Shown piece after piece: positions 48,052 to 61,339 of a DNA stretch of 64,000 nt. The number at the start of each line of letters is the position of its first letter. The first letter of the stretch is position 1. The stretch is from NCBI RefSeq assembly GCF_001194135.2, contig NC_068981.1, positions 58,263,136 to 58,327,135 on the forward strand, written 5' to 3'. The notes beneath the pieces were generated by a model. The model was not told the origin of the DNA and did no database searches. It worked only from the letters and a program-made list of their open reading frames with translations. The translations under genes were made by a program, and so were the position numbers. The stretch is from Octopus bimaculoides. Lineage: Eukaryota.

Positions 48052-49612
48052 GTGAATATACCATATTTTCCAGCATACAAGTCAATGTAGTATTAGTGTA
48101 AATTTGTAGTATTAACATTCAAACATCATTGTTATCTTTCCAAACACTGTTACACTTCACATGGAATTTTTGATTCTCTATAGTTGTTCTGGTGTATAAG
48201 TTGACCTACCTTTTGAGGCTGTAAATTTTGCTCTGACAAAACTGATTTGTATACCAAAAAATATGATAAACATGTTTTATGGAAAAAATTCAGTTATGTT
48301 TAAATGAAATGTTCAATAATAGAATACGTTAAATAAGTGTAGAGGTGATATACAAATAGCCCTGCTCAAACTATTAGACTTATTTCCCACATGGCAAAAT
48401 AACATATTTTGCAAATTTTTGGTACTTAAGAATTAACAACTCAGCCCACCTCTGCTTTTCTCAGATCTTACTGATTCTTCATCACTATTTAAAGTTTATG
48501 TTCCATGCTAGCAAATTACTAATATTTTTAAAGACACAAATTGCTGCTTATAAACCACTATTTTGAGACAGAAAACCAAAAAAAAAATGACACCATATTT
48601 TAGAAAGAATGGCCAGTGCTCTGATATATAATTAGTAGCACAGTCAACTGGCAAGCAATATAGATACATGGTTAAAGTCTCTTTTTAAGTCACAAACTGG
48701 TGCTTATAATACCTACTATCATTGAAATTATATCACATATACTATGGAGCAGAAAACATAAAAGAGATAAAAATGAAGCAGTGCATTGGTACCATCAATT
48801 AATTTTAACTTTTTTAAAACATGAGACCTTTTTAGTAAAGGTGTTTGCATTTGATTTGATTTCAATTTCTTACAAATATATATTTTACAGAACCACACAG
48901 ATGAATAGTAAAACTGACCACATCAGAATTTGATCTCAGAATTTTGATGCTCTAATCTAAATGATGTGAAGCATTTAACTGTCTTATGATCATATTTAAA
49001 ATGAAATACAGAGTTCTAAGTTTCACTTTGTATTGAAAATAATTAATAATCTGTAACCATTTAATAAATACTTAACTTTTTCATTAATTGGTATATTAAG
49101 TCAATGTTTGGATCACAACTTGATATTAATGTTCTTACATAAAATCATGATAGAAGGTTTTAATTGAAATCTGAACACTTTCAAGAGACAGTCTTTGTAT
49201 CAAAGAACTAAAGGCAGTCTCAAACGAGTTAGTATCAAAAGGGTTCTAATCAGATTATGCAATACCTGTGCAAGCTTCACTACCCACTGATATCTTTTGT
49301 AGATAAATGGAAAATTGTAATGAAGTTTAATTGAGATAGTTGAATGCCATACTGGACATTTTATTGTCGCTGATCATTTGCTTCTTTGTTTGGAGTTCAA
49401 ATCATATCAGAGTTAATTTAGCTTTCATCCTTCTTAATACAATGAAAGAAAACATCAACATATTTTGGAGTTAATTCAATCATCTATGCATTTCAAATGC
49501 TTGGCTTTTTGCCTAATCGAAAGAAATTAATATTCATTGTAAATAATAATTAACAAATACTAAAATGTGTTCTGTGTAATATAGATTCACTTGGAAATTA
49601 AAATATTAATTC

Positions 49613-49669
<57 letters not shown>

Positions 49670-49717
49670 TTGCATGCATGCATATGTATATTTTTAAATT
49701 CATTTTAATTCTTTCAG

Positions 49718-49767
49718 TGTTAAACAGTCTGCTGTCTGGGCTGATGCACAGTTGACAAAACTGCTGT
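49718..49767 (+). CDS. Candidate 50-nt exon VKQSAVWADAQLTKLL (phase 2-1)
   Basis: TTTTAATTCTTTCAG acceptor, a single open frame, T|GTAATT donor. Confidence 0.4.
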
Positions 49768-50111
49768 GTAATTAAAATTAGGGATTATTGATGGCTTTTT
49801 TGTGCCTCATTAAACAAAATAAACATGGATATTTTTACTTGCATGTGGTTGAATGCCATATGCTGCTAGCAATTCAATTAAATTTGTATGTAGCTATGAA
49901 AGCATTAAATAGTTTCAATGGAATAAAGGTAAAATTTTACTTCAATAGTAAGAATTTTAGAGGAAAGATTTCACAGTACTTATGTTTTCTTTCCAATCCA
50001 TCAAATTTTTCATATAATCTATTCTATCAAATGTCTAGAAGCTTCAAAATATAACATGAAAAGAAATACTAAGAATTCTTTATTAATATAGTAGTTAATA
50101 TATGCTCTGGT

Positions 50112-50330
50112 TAAGGCAGCAAGTTGGCAGAATCATTAGCATGCTGGACAAAATACTTAGCAGTGTTCCAACTGTCTTTACATTCTGTGTTCAAATTCCA
50201 CCAAGATCGACTTTACCTTTTGTCCTTTTTGGATTGATAAAATAAATACCAGCTGAACACTGGGGTCAGTATAATTGACTTACTCCCAACTCCTCCAACT
50301 TCTGGCCTTGTGCCAAGATTTGAAACCAAT
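50112..50330 (+). mobile_element. SINE family B
   Basis: GGCAGCAAGTTGGCAGAATCATTAGCATGCTGG...GTTCAAATTCCACCAAG. Confidence 0.8.
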
Positions 50331-50425
50331 ATATACTCTGATTAGTGATGGTAATAACCTTGAAATATTACCGAATATTGGTTATGAATATAGGTCATGA
50401 ATATACTCCAGTCGTTAACTTGTAA

Positions 50426-51354
50426 TGCAAGGTGATATCAAAAAATTCCTGGACTAGCTCTGTAGTACACCAACAAATGGTAGAACATGGTTGCAAGTAC
50501 AGTGAGAGCTAGCAGCGACCTTCATGAGGCAGTGTGCCAAGTGACATTGCTGTGTTTATTTCACAAGCTGTGGAATTTGTTTTTGTAATCACATGTATGC
50601 ATACACATGTGATTATGTGTATGCGATTTCTGTCGTGGACAGAAAGTTGGAACAAAGAGCCAAAGTGAAATTTTGTGTTAAACTTGGGAAGTCTGCTACA
50701 GAAGAATTGAGCATGCTTCAGCAAGCTTACGGTGACAAGGCAATGGGTCGTACACAATGTTTCAAGTAGCATGGATGCTTTGAAAGTGGATGAACGTCCC
50801 TGGAAGATGAGTGATCTGAAAGACCTACAACAAGCATCACCCCTGGAAATGGGGAGAAAATTCATCAGCTTGTACATGAGGATCATCAGAGGGCAATCAA
50901 TGACGTTTTGAAGAGTTTTAGAGAGGAAATTCAGCGAAAGTGATTGGATCTGTGGAGCGCAAAGAATTGGATTCTTCACAATGACAAGGCACCCTGTCAC
51001 TGAGCTCTCCTCACCCATGAGTTTCTTAACAAAAACAACATGGTATCACTTCTACACCGGCCCTATTTGCCAGATTTAGCACTTGTGAACTTCCATCTCT
51101 TCTCCAAGATGAAAATGCAGTTCAAAGGTTGCCATTTTAACACCGTTGTTGAGATCAAGAACAAATTGCAGAAGGTTGCTGGCTTGCTTATAAAAATGAC
51201 TTCCAAGCAGGATTGCAAAAGTGGCAGGAATGCTGGGACCAGTGTATTGGTGTGCAAGGTGATTATTTCAAAGGAGATGATGTAAAACTTGGGTAAATAA
51301 GTTATTTTTTTATTAAACATAACTAATCCAGGAACCTTTTGATATCACCTCATA
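50426..51354 (+). mobile_element. Internally deleted mariner element with both TIRs
   Basis: Left end AAGGTGATATCAAAAAATTCCTGGACTAG and right end CTAATCCAGGAACCTTTTGATATCACCTCATA are inverted. Encodes EQRAKVKFCVKLGKSATE (HTH) and HRPYLPDLALVNFHLFSKMK, but the central catalytic region is missing. Confidence 0.92.
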
Positions 51355-52360
51355 ACTTCTAATATCACATCTCAACAAGTAATTTTCATCACAAATGATT
51401 TTAGGTATTTTAAAACTATTTTTCTTGTTTTCTTTTCGTTTCTTACATTGATTTTAAAACACTTATTGGTTTTCCCCATGGATGTATATTTTTTGAGATA
51501 TAGTTATTTGTTGTTTTGGGTTTCATCGCCTTCCTTGTAAGTGATGATTCAACTTATTAATAAATGCATAAATAGCATGACTCATCTACTATATTATTTT
51601 TTATTAAAATATATATTTTTTTAAGGTTATATAACATATCTTAGTTATACTAGTGACATGCATAGAGAATGTAAAAATTAACCAGACCTTGAAGTCAGAA
51701 GAAATGCTATTAACCATTTTGTGCAACCCTCTAACAATTCTACTAGATCACCACCATACACATGCTGATGGTCACAAGAGTCAATCCATTGGGGAGATGC
51801 TCTGAGAGGAGTGTAACACATTGGCTGCCAGATAGCCAGACACCAGCTGTGTGCTCAGTAATTGTTGTTGAATACCCATTTTACTTATGAATAGTTAAGA
51901 AGAAAGACGAGAAAGTAGATGTGTACAATACTCTTAAATACAAGATAGCCTGACTGTGGAAGATGAAAAAGATGAAGATAGTGCCAATTGAGACAACTCC
52001 AGTAATCTTGACACAAAACATTGTTTATTAAGTGTCGTCCAATCAATGGACACAATTCTATCATATGATGTTTTTCACTCCCACATCATTTATTATTTAA
52101 GCTTATGTCAATTCATCCAAAGGGACACTTTACTTACTCTATCAGGTGACATTAGATATACATTGACTCATTGTTGTGGATTTACTCTTTTTGCCTTAGC
52201 ACACATACCATGGTACAGATGGTTCATTTTGCATTGTGGACAATTGAAATTACAGTTTGCCATTTTGCACTTCAGTTTGGAATTGTTGCAATGTCTTCTT
52301 CATGTTTATTAAGCTATTATCTGAGCACAATATCATTATCCATCTTACATTATAACACCA

Positions 52361-52497
52361 ATTATTGTTGGGGCCTTGGAGACAGTATCAAAAGATATTG
52401 AGAGGAACATAAAGGAGACAAGAATAGAGCATCCAGTAGAGTTGTTGCAAAAAATTTGTCTCCTTGGCATGACCAGAATTATTGGGAAAGTCCTAGC
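52361..52497 (+). mobile_element. R4/Dong-like (RLE-type) non-LTR retrotransposon C-terminal fragment
   Basis: IIV..ALETVSKDIERNIKETRIEHPVELLQKICLLGMTRIIGKVL resembles the VGALG..SK...LQK..LLGT.RI..KVL terminus of restriction-like-endonuclease retroelements. Confidence 0.65.
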
Positions 52498-53494
52498 AGG
52501 GAGACGGAGTTAGTTGATTATATGAACCCCAGTGCTCAACTTGTGCTTATTTTATCGACCCTNNNNNNNNNNNNNNNNNNNNNNNNNNNNNNNNNNNNNN
52601 NNNNNNNNNNNNNNNNNNNNNNNNNNNNNNNNNNNNNNNNNNNNNNGAGGAGGAGGAGGAGGAGATAGCATTCCTCAAACTATATTGGTACCATGATTAC
52701 TTTTTTCTTTTCTTTCTTTCTTTCTTTCTGAATTGCATGAAATCTTTGTTCAGAAAAGACTGGATGAAATGTTTTCCCCCATTTTTTTTTCAGCTGAAAT
52801 CTTTACTTTTAATAGATTGTTTGTGTTGTTGTAATTGTCTAACTCCAGGCCAGATTGGGGACAATCCAGCTATGGCCATCATATCTACTTAAGACTACCT
52901 TGGACTATTTCATCCAATTTATCCTTTCCCAATTTTAGATGGTAGAAAGCAGTTTGAAGGAGATTTATTTCTAACATATCAAACAACACTATATGTTCTT
53001 GGGTGCTAAATTCTTTAAGATGTTTTTTTTATTTAATTTAAGACCGTAAAAACATCAAAACACTACTATTATCTTTACTATTCAACAGTTTATTTAAGAA
53101 AGTGAAACTCACTTCTCTCAAGAGTGATCTGGTAGTATTGAGTTGAAGTTGTTCTGAAGTGCTGGGGAAAATACTGTAGGCAATACAATCCCAGTGTGTT
53201 CTCTGAAAAGCCATATTGATGCTTCATATACAGGGTTTCATAATTTGTGTTTGACCTGAAAGTTATCATGACATATCTTTTGTTTGTCTTAGTCTTTGGA
53301 CTGCAGCCATGCTAAGGCACCATTTTGAAGTATTTAGTCAAACAAATCAACCCCAGTACTTATTTTTGTAAGTCTCATACTCATTCTGTCAAATTCTTTT
53401 GCCAAACCAAAATATATAAGACATAAACGAAGCAACACTGGTTGTCAAGCAATGGTGGAGTGTACAAACACAAAGACACATTTACATACATATA

Positions 53495-53790
53495 TCATCA
53501 TCATCATCGTTTAGCATCCACTTTCCATGCTGGGATGGATTGGATGGTTTGACTGAGGACTGGCAAGCCAGGAAGCTGTACCAGGCTCCAATCTGATCTG
53601 GCAAGGTTTCTACAGCTGGATGCCCTTCCTAATGCCAACCACTCCGAGAGATGTAGTGGGTGCTTTTTACGTGCCACCGGCATGGGGGCCAGTCAGGCAG
53701 CACTGGCATTGACCACACTTGAATGATGCTTTTTGTGTGCCAACAGCACAGGAACAAGTCAGGCGGCACAGGTATCGACTACGCTCAAAT
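53495..53790 (-). mobile_element. RTE 3'UTR/tail remnant
   Basis: (CAT)n-CGTTTAGCATCCACTTTCCATGCTGG followed by GGATGCCCTTCCTAATGCCAACCACTCCGAGA. Confidence 0.85.
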
Positions 53791-54802
53791 GGTCAATGCC
53801 AGTGGTCGATGCTATATATATATAGTTCAAATTTACAGAAAACAAAAGACAAAGACAGGTGAGGGAACAACATGCAGGTGTATTAGTTTGACACTCAAGA
53901 AGAATGGAAAAGTCTTTGACATTTTGAGCCTACACTCTTTGACTGAAAGGGTTGAGACAAAAGAAAATGGAGAAAGAATTAAAGAAAATGGAGAATGGAA
54001 GAAAATGTGTAGGGATCAATGAGTGAAAAGGAGATAATAATTGTGACCAAACAGACACACACACACACACAGTATATATGACAGACTTCCACAGTTTCTG
54101 TCTACCAAATTCACTTACAAGGCATTGGTTGGCCAGGAACTGTAGTAGAAGACCCTTGCTCAAGATGTCACACAGTGGGACTGAACCCAAAATCACATGG
54201 TTGCAAAAACAATCTTCTTACCCTCACAGCCATGCCTACACCTCTGTATATAAAACTTCATGCTACTATATTCTGTTGTTGCTGATATTTGTTTTGACCC
54301 AGGTCAGCTCTGACTGAGCAAACTTGTGATCAAAGACATTTCAGCTATGGGCTCCCCATCATTTTCAGATAACAGTGTAACCAGAACTACATAATTAATG
54401 TTACCTTCTTTCTTTTTTTAAAAGACAATATGGTGAAATATGATAGTAGATAGCTGTTATGTCTCACAGATCATATTACTAAGTAGAAGCCTCATTCTAT
54501 TTCTATTGCAATACTAATGGATTTGGTAGTTGTAATAGCACATTGTCATTGATGTTGTTGTTGCTGTTTTCATTGTTGCTGTTATTGTTTGTCTCTGTTC
54601 ACAAGCCAATGGTGTTTTCTTTTGGCTTTGCAGTTTTGGATTTTAAGCATGCTTTAAATGTGGATGAGTTTTCTAATTGAGTGTGACACCCATTGTCAAC
54701 AAAGGTATTTACTAAGTGTTTCCTCTTTGTTTTTTCGAGCAAAAGTGACTTTTTATTAGAATATTTTGTTTCACTTTAATTCCTGTTACATTTTAAATAA
54801 CA

Positions 54803-55262
54803 TACTCTTTTACTCTTTTACTTGTTTCAGTCATTTGACTGCGGCCATACTGGAGCACCACCTTTAGTCGAGAAAATCGACGCCAGGACTTATTCCTTGT
54901 AAGCCTAGTACTTATTCTATCGGTCTTTTTTTTTGCCAAACCGCTAAGTTACGGGAATGTAAACACACCAGCATCGGTTGTCAAGCGATGGTGGGGGGAC
55001 AAACAGACAGCCATCCGGTTGCACCAGTCCTCAGTCAAATCGTCCAACCCATGCTAGCATGGAAAGCGGACGTTAAACAATGATGATGATGACGATGATG
55101 ATATATACGACGGGCTTCTTTCAGTTTCCGTCTACCAAATCCACTCACAAGGCTTTGGTCGGCCCGAGGCTATAGTAGAAGACACTTGCCCAAGGTGCCA
55201 CGCAGTGGGACTGAACCCGGAACCATGTGGTTGGTAAGCAAGCTACTTACCACACAGCCAGG
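54803..55262 (-). mobile_element. Young SINE family A with a short RTE-tail piece inside its microsatellite region
   Basis: CpG-preserved reverse complement of family A. An RTE tail segment CCAGTCCTCAGTCAAATCGTCCAACCCATGCTAGCATGGAAAGCGGACGTTAAAC-(GAT)n is embedded at about 55012-55100. Confidence 0.9.
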
Positions 55263-57074
55263 TGACAAAATAATGACAAGAAAGTTATACCCACTGAATA
55301 AACAAAAACTTTTGCAAAGATAGCACATAAAAACAGAAAGAGATATTTATGAGCATTTAAAAAAATTAATGTTGCATCTAGTGTATCTCAAGATTCATAC
55401 AACTACAATAGCAGCACACAACTTTTCAAGTACATATTCACAAATGTCATGTCAAACAAGGGGGTTTGGGCCTTTAGAAGTGTCTCTGCTGGAGATGTAA
55501 ATGTGGTAGAACTGTCTTATAAAAAGTTTTCTCTCTTTGCCTCAAGATTTCCTCCAAGAGCAGGAAAAAAGAAAATTGACAGACCTATAAGCTCATGAAG
55601 ACAATGAGGGACCTTTTGAGTATCTTTTAAAGATGATTTGAAACTAGTATATGTATGGAACAATATTTTGTCTATTGAATAAAGTAAAATTTATGGTACT
55701 GTCTACTTGCTTTTGAGGGCAGATGGCAAAAAGAGGAAACAGGCTAAATAGATAAAATCCATCCCACCCACATAATTATACCACTGTATGGTATATCAAG
55801 CAACATATTGGTGACTGTGAGGAGCATTGCTAGTAACATTAACCTTTGGTTTGTTGTCACCTTTGTGGTGCAATAGTACTTTTGGCTTCTTCCTCCTCCT
55901 CCTCCTCACTGCTGTTGCCATAACTGCCATCGTCATTGTCGTCGTCATCGTCGTCATCATTATAGTACTAAATAAGCTAGCAGAATTGTTAGAGCATCAG
56001 AAAAGATGTCTTGTGGTATTTGTTCTGCATCTATACAGCCTTAGTTCAAACTATGTCCAGATCAACTTTGCCTTTCACCCATGTGGAGTTGATAAAATAA
56101 ATTATCAGTCAAGTACTAGCATAAGAGAGAGCGGGAAGAGGACAGATAGGGAGTGAGAGGTGGATACAGAGGAGAGAGGGAGAAAGAAGGAGAGATAATA
56201 AGAAAGAAAAGGGTGAGAGGGAAAGAGAAATAGAGAGAGATAAAAGACAGGATGAGAGAAAGAGTGAGAATGAGAGGAGGAGCGAGGACATGGAGAGATA
56301 GTACAAAGGAGAAAGGGGAGACAGAGAAAGGATTGCAGGAGAGAGAGATAAAAGAAAAAGAATCTGTGTCATTTGTGTGAACCAAAGCTGAGTCCAGCTC
56401 CAGGTCCAGATCTACCATAAATTGATCCAAATTTAAATCTAACCATGATCAACCACTATGGACCTCTATGTGGTCACTTAAATTGTTTGAAATAGAAGCC
56501 AAATTTCTCTCAAGTTACAACTTACCATCTTACAAAAAAGGATGTTTACATTGGATAGTCCTAGCTGTTTTAAAGGGTGGGTTGGTCAAGCCTGGGAAGC
56601 ATCAGAGTTGACCTGGGACTAAACAACAACTACAACAATGTTAATGTAAGTATATAAACATAACTTGTTCATCCTTGACCCATCTCCTTGCTATATATGT
56701 CCTTTAATCTCTTCTGTCACTCTTATAACACCTCAGCATCTGTTGTTATCTGTTAACAATATATGACAGACTGCAATAAACCTCCTGTCTTTCTCTTTCA
56801 TTTACACTTCCTGTGAATTATTATCATTTGTTACAGATTTTGTTGCTTCCTGGATCATATTCCATTGCTACAGAAGAATATAGAGACATTTACATCCTAA
56901 ATGATATAGTTGATTGAATTACAATGAACAGAAGTTTTCAAGATGAAAGAATCTATGAAAGATTATGTGACATGGTTAGTCAAATATGTATATATATAGA
57001 ACAAGAAAAAAAACCCATAAATATGAACTAACATTATTTTACTTGCACTGTTTTAAAATTATTGTCAATGTAAA

Positions 57075-58235
57075 TATATCGGTGGCAGATGCACAGGGGC
57101 AATAAATACTGAAGATGTACAGAAAATAGATTTCATTACATGCCAGAAGAAAAACTAGAAGTAGTTGATAGCTTCTGCTACCTAGGAGACCAAGTCTATA
57201 GTGGGGGGTGATTGCTCTGAGAGTGTAGCAGCTAGAATAAGAATAACCTGGGCAAAGTTCAGGGAGCTCCTACCTCTGCTAGCAACTAAAGACCTGTTGT
57301 TCAGAATGAAAGGTAGACTGTACGATGTCTGTGTGCAAACTGCCATGCTACACATGCTGAGGGCATGCGTAGGCTTGAAAGAAATGAAGCTACTATGATT
57401 AGCTGGATGTGTAATGTCAGTGTCCATACACAACAGAGTGTGAGTGCCCTGAGAGAAAAGTTGGACATAAGAAGCATCAAATGTGGTATGGTCATGTGCT
57501 ATGTATGGATGAGGATAGCTGTGTGAGGAAATGTCTCACCCTAACTGTGGAAGGAACCAGTGGAAGAGGTAGACCCAGGAAAACATGGAATGAAGTGGTG
57601 AAGCATGACCTTCGAACATTGAGCCTCACAGAGGCAATAACAGGAGACCAAGACCTTTGGAGATATGCTGTGATTGAGAAGACCCGGCAACTAAAGTGAG
57701 ATTGCAACCATGGCCAATGCCAGTGTTGCATGTCTGGCCTATTTAAGAGTACCCTTGATGCGTCAGGTGATATGATATGCTGAGAAGACCTGTTGAATAA
57801 AGTAAAACCAAATTCGTAACTGTGGCCAGTGCCCACTGACTGGCTCCCATTCCAGTGGCACATAAAATGCATCATCCGAACGTGGTCGATGCCAGTGTCC
57901 CCAGACTGGCTCCCATGTCAGTGACACCATCCGAATGTGGCCGATACCAGTACCCCTTGACTGGCTCCCATGCCAGTGGCATGTATAAAGCACTATCCGA
58001 GCGTGATTGATGCCAGGCCCGCCTGACTGGCTCCTGTGCTGGTGGCATGTAAAAAGCACCCACTACACTCTTGGAGTGGTTGGTGTTAGGAAGGGCATCC
58101 AGCTGTAGAAACATTGCCAGATCTGATTGGAGCTTGGTGCAGCCGCTGGCTTTCCAGACCTTAGTCAAACTGTCCAACCCATGCCAGCATGGAAAACGGA
58201 CGTTAAATGATGATACTGATGATGATGATGATGTC
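57075..58235 (+). mobile_element. 5'-truncated RTE LINE with 3'UTR tandem repeats and tail
   Basis: GGDCSESVAARIRITWAKFRELLPLL and MWYGHVLCMDEDSCVRKC...GRGRPRKTWNEVVKHDL. GGACGTTAAATGATGAT tail. Confidence 0.93.
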
Positions 58236-58421
58236 TCAACAATTCTTGAAAAAAATTTGTCATTCATGAGCAAATAAAAATTAATGCTTGCTATTCAGTA
58301 TCACTAAAAAGATTAGTGGGATGTTGTTTTAGTTGTTTTGTTGTTTTGTGTTTTGTTTTGCATTGCATTTGGGTTTGTTTTTGTTCTTGTTTTTTTCTTG
58401 TTCTTTTTTTCTTTTTTCCAG

Positions 58422-58471
58422 GTTCTAGTGAGGAAATTATTCCATTAAACTGTACTGAAATATCTGTCTGA
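58422..58471 (+). CDS. Candidate terminal coding exon (G)SSEEIIPLNCTEISV-stop
   Basis: Very strong polypyrimidine tract with CCAG acceptor. The phase-1 frame ends in TGA. Mostly unique AT-rich sequence with AATAAA motifs follows. Confidence 0.5.
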
Positions 58472-60017
58472 ATTTTTTATGTGACATCTTTGAAGTTATG
58501 TTGGAATAACTTTATTACAGCCATTGTGAATGGAGCTGAAAATAACTGATCAATTATTGATAATAGTGACACTATCGAGGATCTGTCAATAGACAGCAAC
58601 AATAGGTTTCTCTGCTACATTGGAAAGAACATGATATTTTATGACATTAACATGTTGGACTTTGAAAGAGTCGAATAAACAGAAATGTTAGAGCTTTGTA
58701 TTAATGCCTCACAGTAATTAGTCTGATCGCTCTTGTATTTAAGTAACACCTGACTTAACTTTCATTTGTTTGGAGCTAATGAATAACTAACCAGTCCTAT
58801 GCTAAGCTCAATCCAATGAACTCAACAGTCACCTTTAAAAAATTAATTTTGACACATGAATTAGCAGAAGCATGAGCATGTCAGACAAAATGCTTCATGG
58901 TATTTATTCTAACTTCATGCATTCTAAATTAAAATTCCTACAAAGTCAACTTTGATTTTCATCCTTGTAGGGTTAATAAAGTTACCAGTCTGAGGGAGTG
59001 AATCATTAGAGCATTGGACAGGATACCTTTCAGCATTTGTTTGAATAGTTTACATTCTAAGTTCAAATCCTACCATTGTCTACTTGGGTGGTAGACTTAA
59101 TTTATTGCCTGATTTAACATGGACTGACACCTTGATTCCTTTAAGTTGTGTTGTAAGCATTCTATTGCAAACATTTGGGTAAGGTCTGCAGTTTGACGAC
59201 ATTTTCTCCCTCTCTCTTGCCACTGCACGTCCTCTTCACTAAAACTTTAAAAAAAAACATACAGTGTTTTGATATGGGGAAAACCTGCTAATCTCTTTAG
59301 GCAATCAGCATTCAATTTTGATTAAATGATTCAACTTCAGTAAATTGACAGAACAAAAACTATAAAAATACTTTTTAAAATTCTTTCTAATTTTGGCATG
59401 AGACCAACACAGTTATTTAAGATACTTTCAAATGCATTTTAAAGTAGAATATTGTTAAGACCTCATCTAGATTGGATGAACAACACAAAAAAAGAAGAGA
59501 TCAAAAGATTGTTGATATCTTCTAGCAATGTTTCTGGAAAAGTGATTTAAGTGATATGATCACAGATATAAAGAATTGATTAAGCAATTTCTGTTAAGCA
59601 AAGTTTTCTCAGAAGCTATTTTGAGGTTCAGTTGGTTCAGATAATTAACACTTTTTATTTTCATATTTTGACATAGAAAACTCTGATTTCACCTTATGAA
59701 GATTGGCTGCAGTTACCAAACCAATAAAGGACCCTCTGCATGATTGCTAGAAATAACAGCTAAAACTCTCTCAAATCACATCTACCACTTAAAATGATAT
59801 TGAATAATGTTGTCCTGGATTCCTTGCACATAAAAAAAATACATGGTGCTCATAGCTGGAATATTTTCGACCATGGGTTTACTCAGCCAAGGTTGACCTG
59901 GGGTTAAACAAAGGTAACTGCAATTAGTGGTAGACTTAAAGAAGTCCAGGGAATATGGGACATTCAAATCTTAAGAGTCATTCTTCAGTAAAGTGACTGA
60001 ACTGATGATAATATTAC

Positions 60018-60058
<41 letters not shown>

Positions 60059-60130
60059 TAGAGATCAATGTAGCACCAACAGCAGAAGTGGAAGAATTTT
60101 GGAAAGAAATATGGTTGGCAAAGGAACAAC
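60018..60130 (+). mobile_element. (TAA)n microsatellite joined to an R4/Dong-like ORF fragment
   Basis: (TAA)n at 60018-60056 is followed directly by IEINVAPTAEVEEFWKEIW, a P..E.EEFW..IW motif seen upstream of the RT in this group. Confidence 0.5.
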
Positions 60131-60480
60131 CTCAGAAAAGGTCTATCAAAACAACAAACTCAGCACCTGAACAACTCTGGACCCCTATAACAACTGAAGA
60201 GGTCTATTTGCAAGGCATTGCTTGGCTTGGGGGCTTTAGTAGAAAAAACTTGTCCAAGGTGCCTCCCTGTTGGACTCGACCCAGAACCATGGAATTGAGA
60301 ATCAGACTTCTTACCACACAGCCATGCCTGCATCTTCATGTTCAAAAATTATATTTTTTCCATTCAGTTCATTGAGAATTTTTGGTGTGCGCCATTCAAT
60401 ACATCATTAGCTACTTAAATGTTTTTCCTCTGTAACATCTATTTCTTTTCCATACCAGCATGAGTTAGATCATTGGCTGT

Positions 60481-60776
60481 CAGCCGGGGTTCATATAAGA
60501 TTTTGTTGGGGTCCATGCAATAAAATAGTAAATTGGGGATCCACAATAGTATTTTAAGGGTCCCCTGAAAAAAACTTGCTTTAGATGTGTGAATTGGTAC
60601 GTATTGCAAGAAACAGCTAGGGTTCTTTCTATAACATTTTACATAGTTCAACCTACACAAATTAATGTGTGAAAAAGAAAATGGGAATTTTGAAAGAAGT
60701 TTCTATGAAATTATGGGGTCCACCAGAATAAAATAGTAATAAAAGGGGTCCATAGATAAAAAATGGTTGAGAACCT
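60481..60776. mobile_element. Possible hAT-type MITE remnant
   Basis: Repeated GGGGTCC subterminal motifs and a terminal AAAAATGGTTGAGAACC. The left end is eroded. Confidence 0.4.
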
Positions 60777-61339
60777 GAGTTAGATGAATGTATTGTTGAG
60801 TCGTTGTTTTACAGCCCCTTTCAAGTAAGGGATCTCTTAAACACATTTTTCAAAGGCTCTAAGCAGTTGAGCAATTTGTTGATTGGAGAAGTGAAAGCAA
60901 CACTGCTCATAAGCAAGCAACTTTTGTAGACCCCAAACGTAAACAAATACACATGTACAAATGTCTGTGTGATCACCAGCTTTCAATTTTTGCTTATCAA
61001 ATCCATTCACAAGGCTTTGGTCAGCTCAGAGCACTGTGGTATTGAACCCAAAATGAACATGCCTACACCTGTAATTATATTAATATTGATTTTACATTCC
61101 ATTTTGGCACAAAGCCATCAATTTTGGGGGAAGAGGTAAGTTGATTACATGGGCTGATACTTATTTTATCAACCTCGAAAGGATAAAAGAGTTGACCTCT
61201 GAAATTTGAACTGAGAATGTAAAGACAGATGAAATGTCACTCAGCATTTTGCCTGGCATGCTAATACATCTTGTATATTAATAATATTTAATATTATTAA
61301 TAATAAACATTACTGCAACAGGTTCAAGCTATTGTAACA

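Noticed and set aside
48445-48500. Acceptor followed by DLTDSSSLFKVY, a DH-like F.VY motif
   Set aside because: That frame stops within four more codons, there is no good donor, and the phase does not fit the preceding exon.
55527-55600. Candidate exon after TTTTCTCTCTTTGCCTCAAG, and a similar one at 56837
   Set aside because: All frames terminate without a convincing donor, so they cannot be placed in the model.
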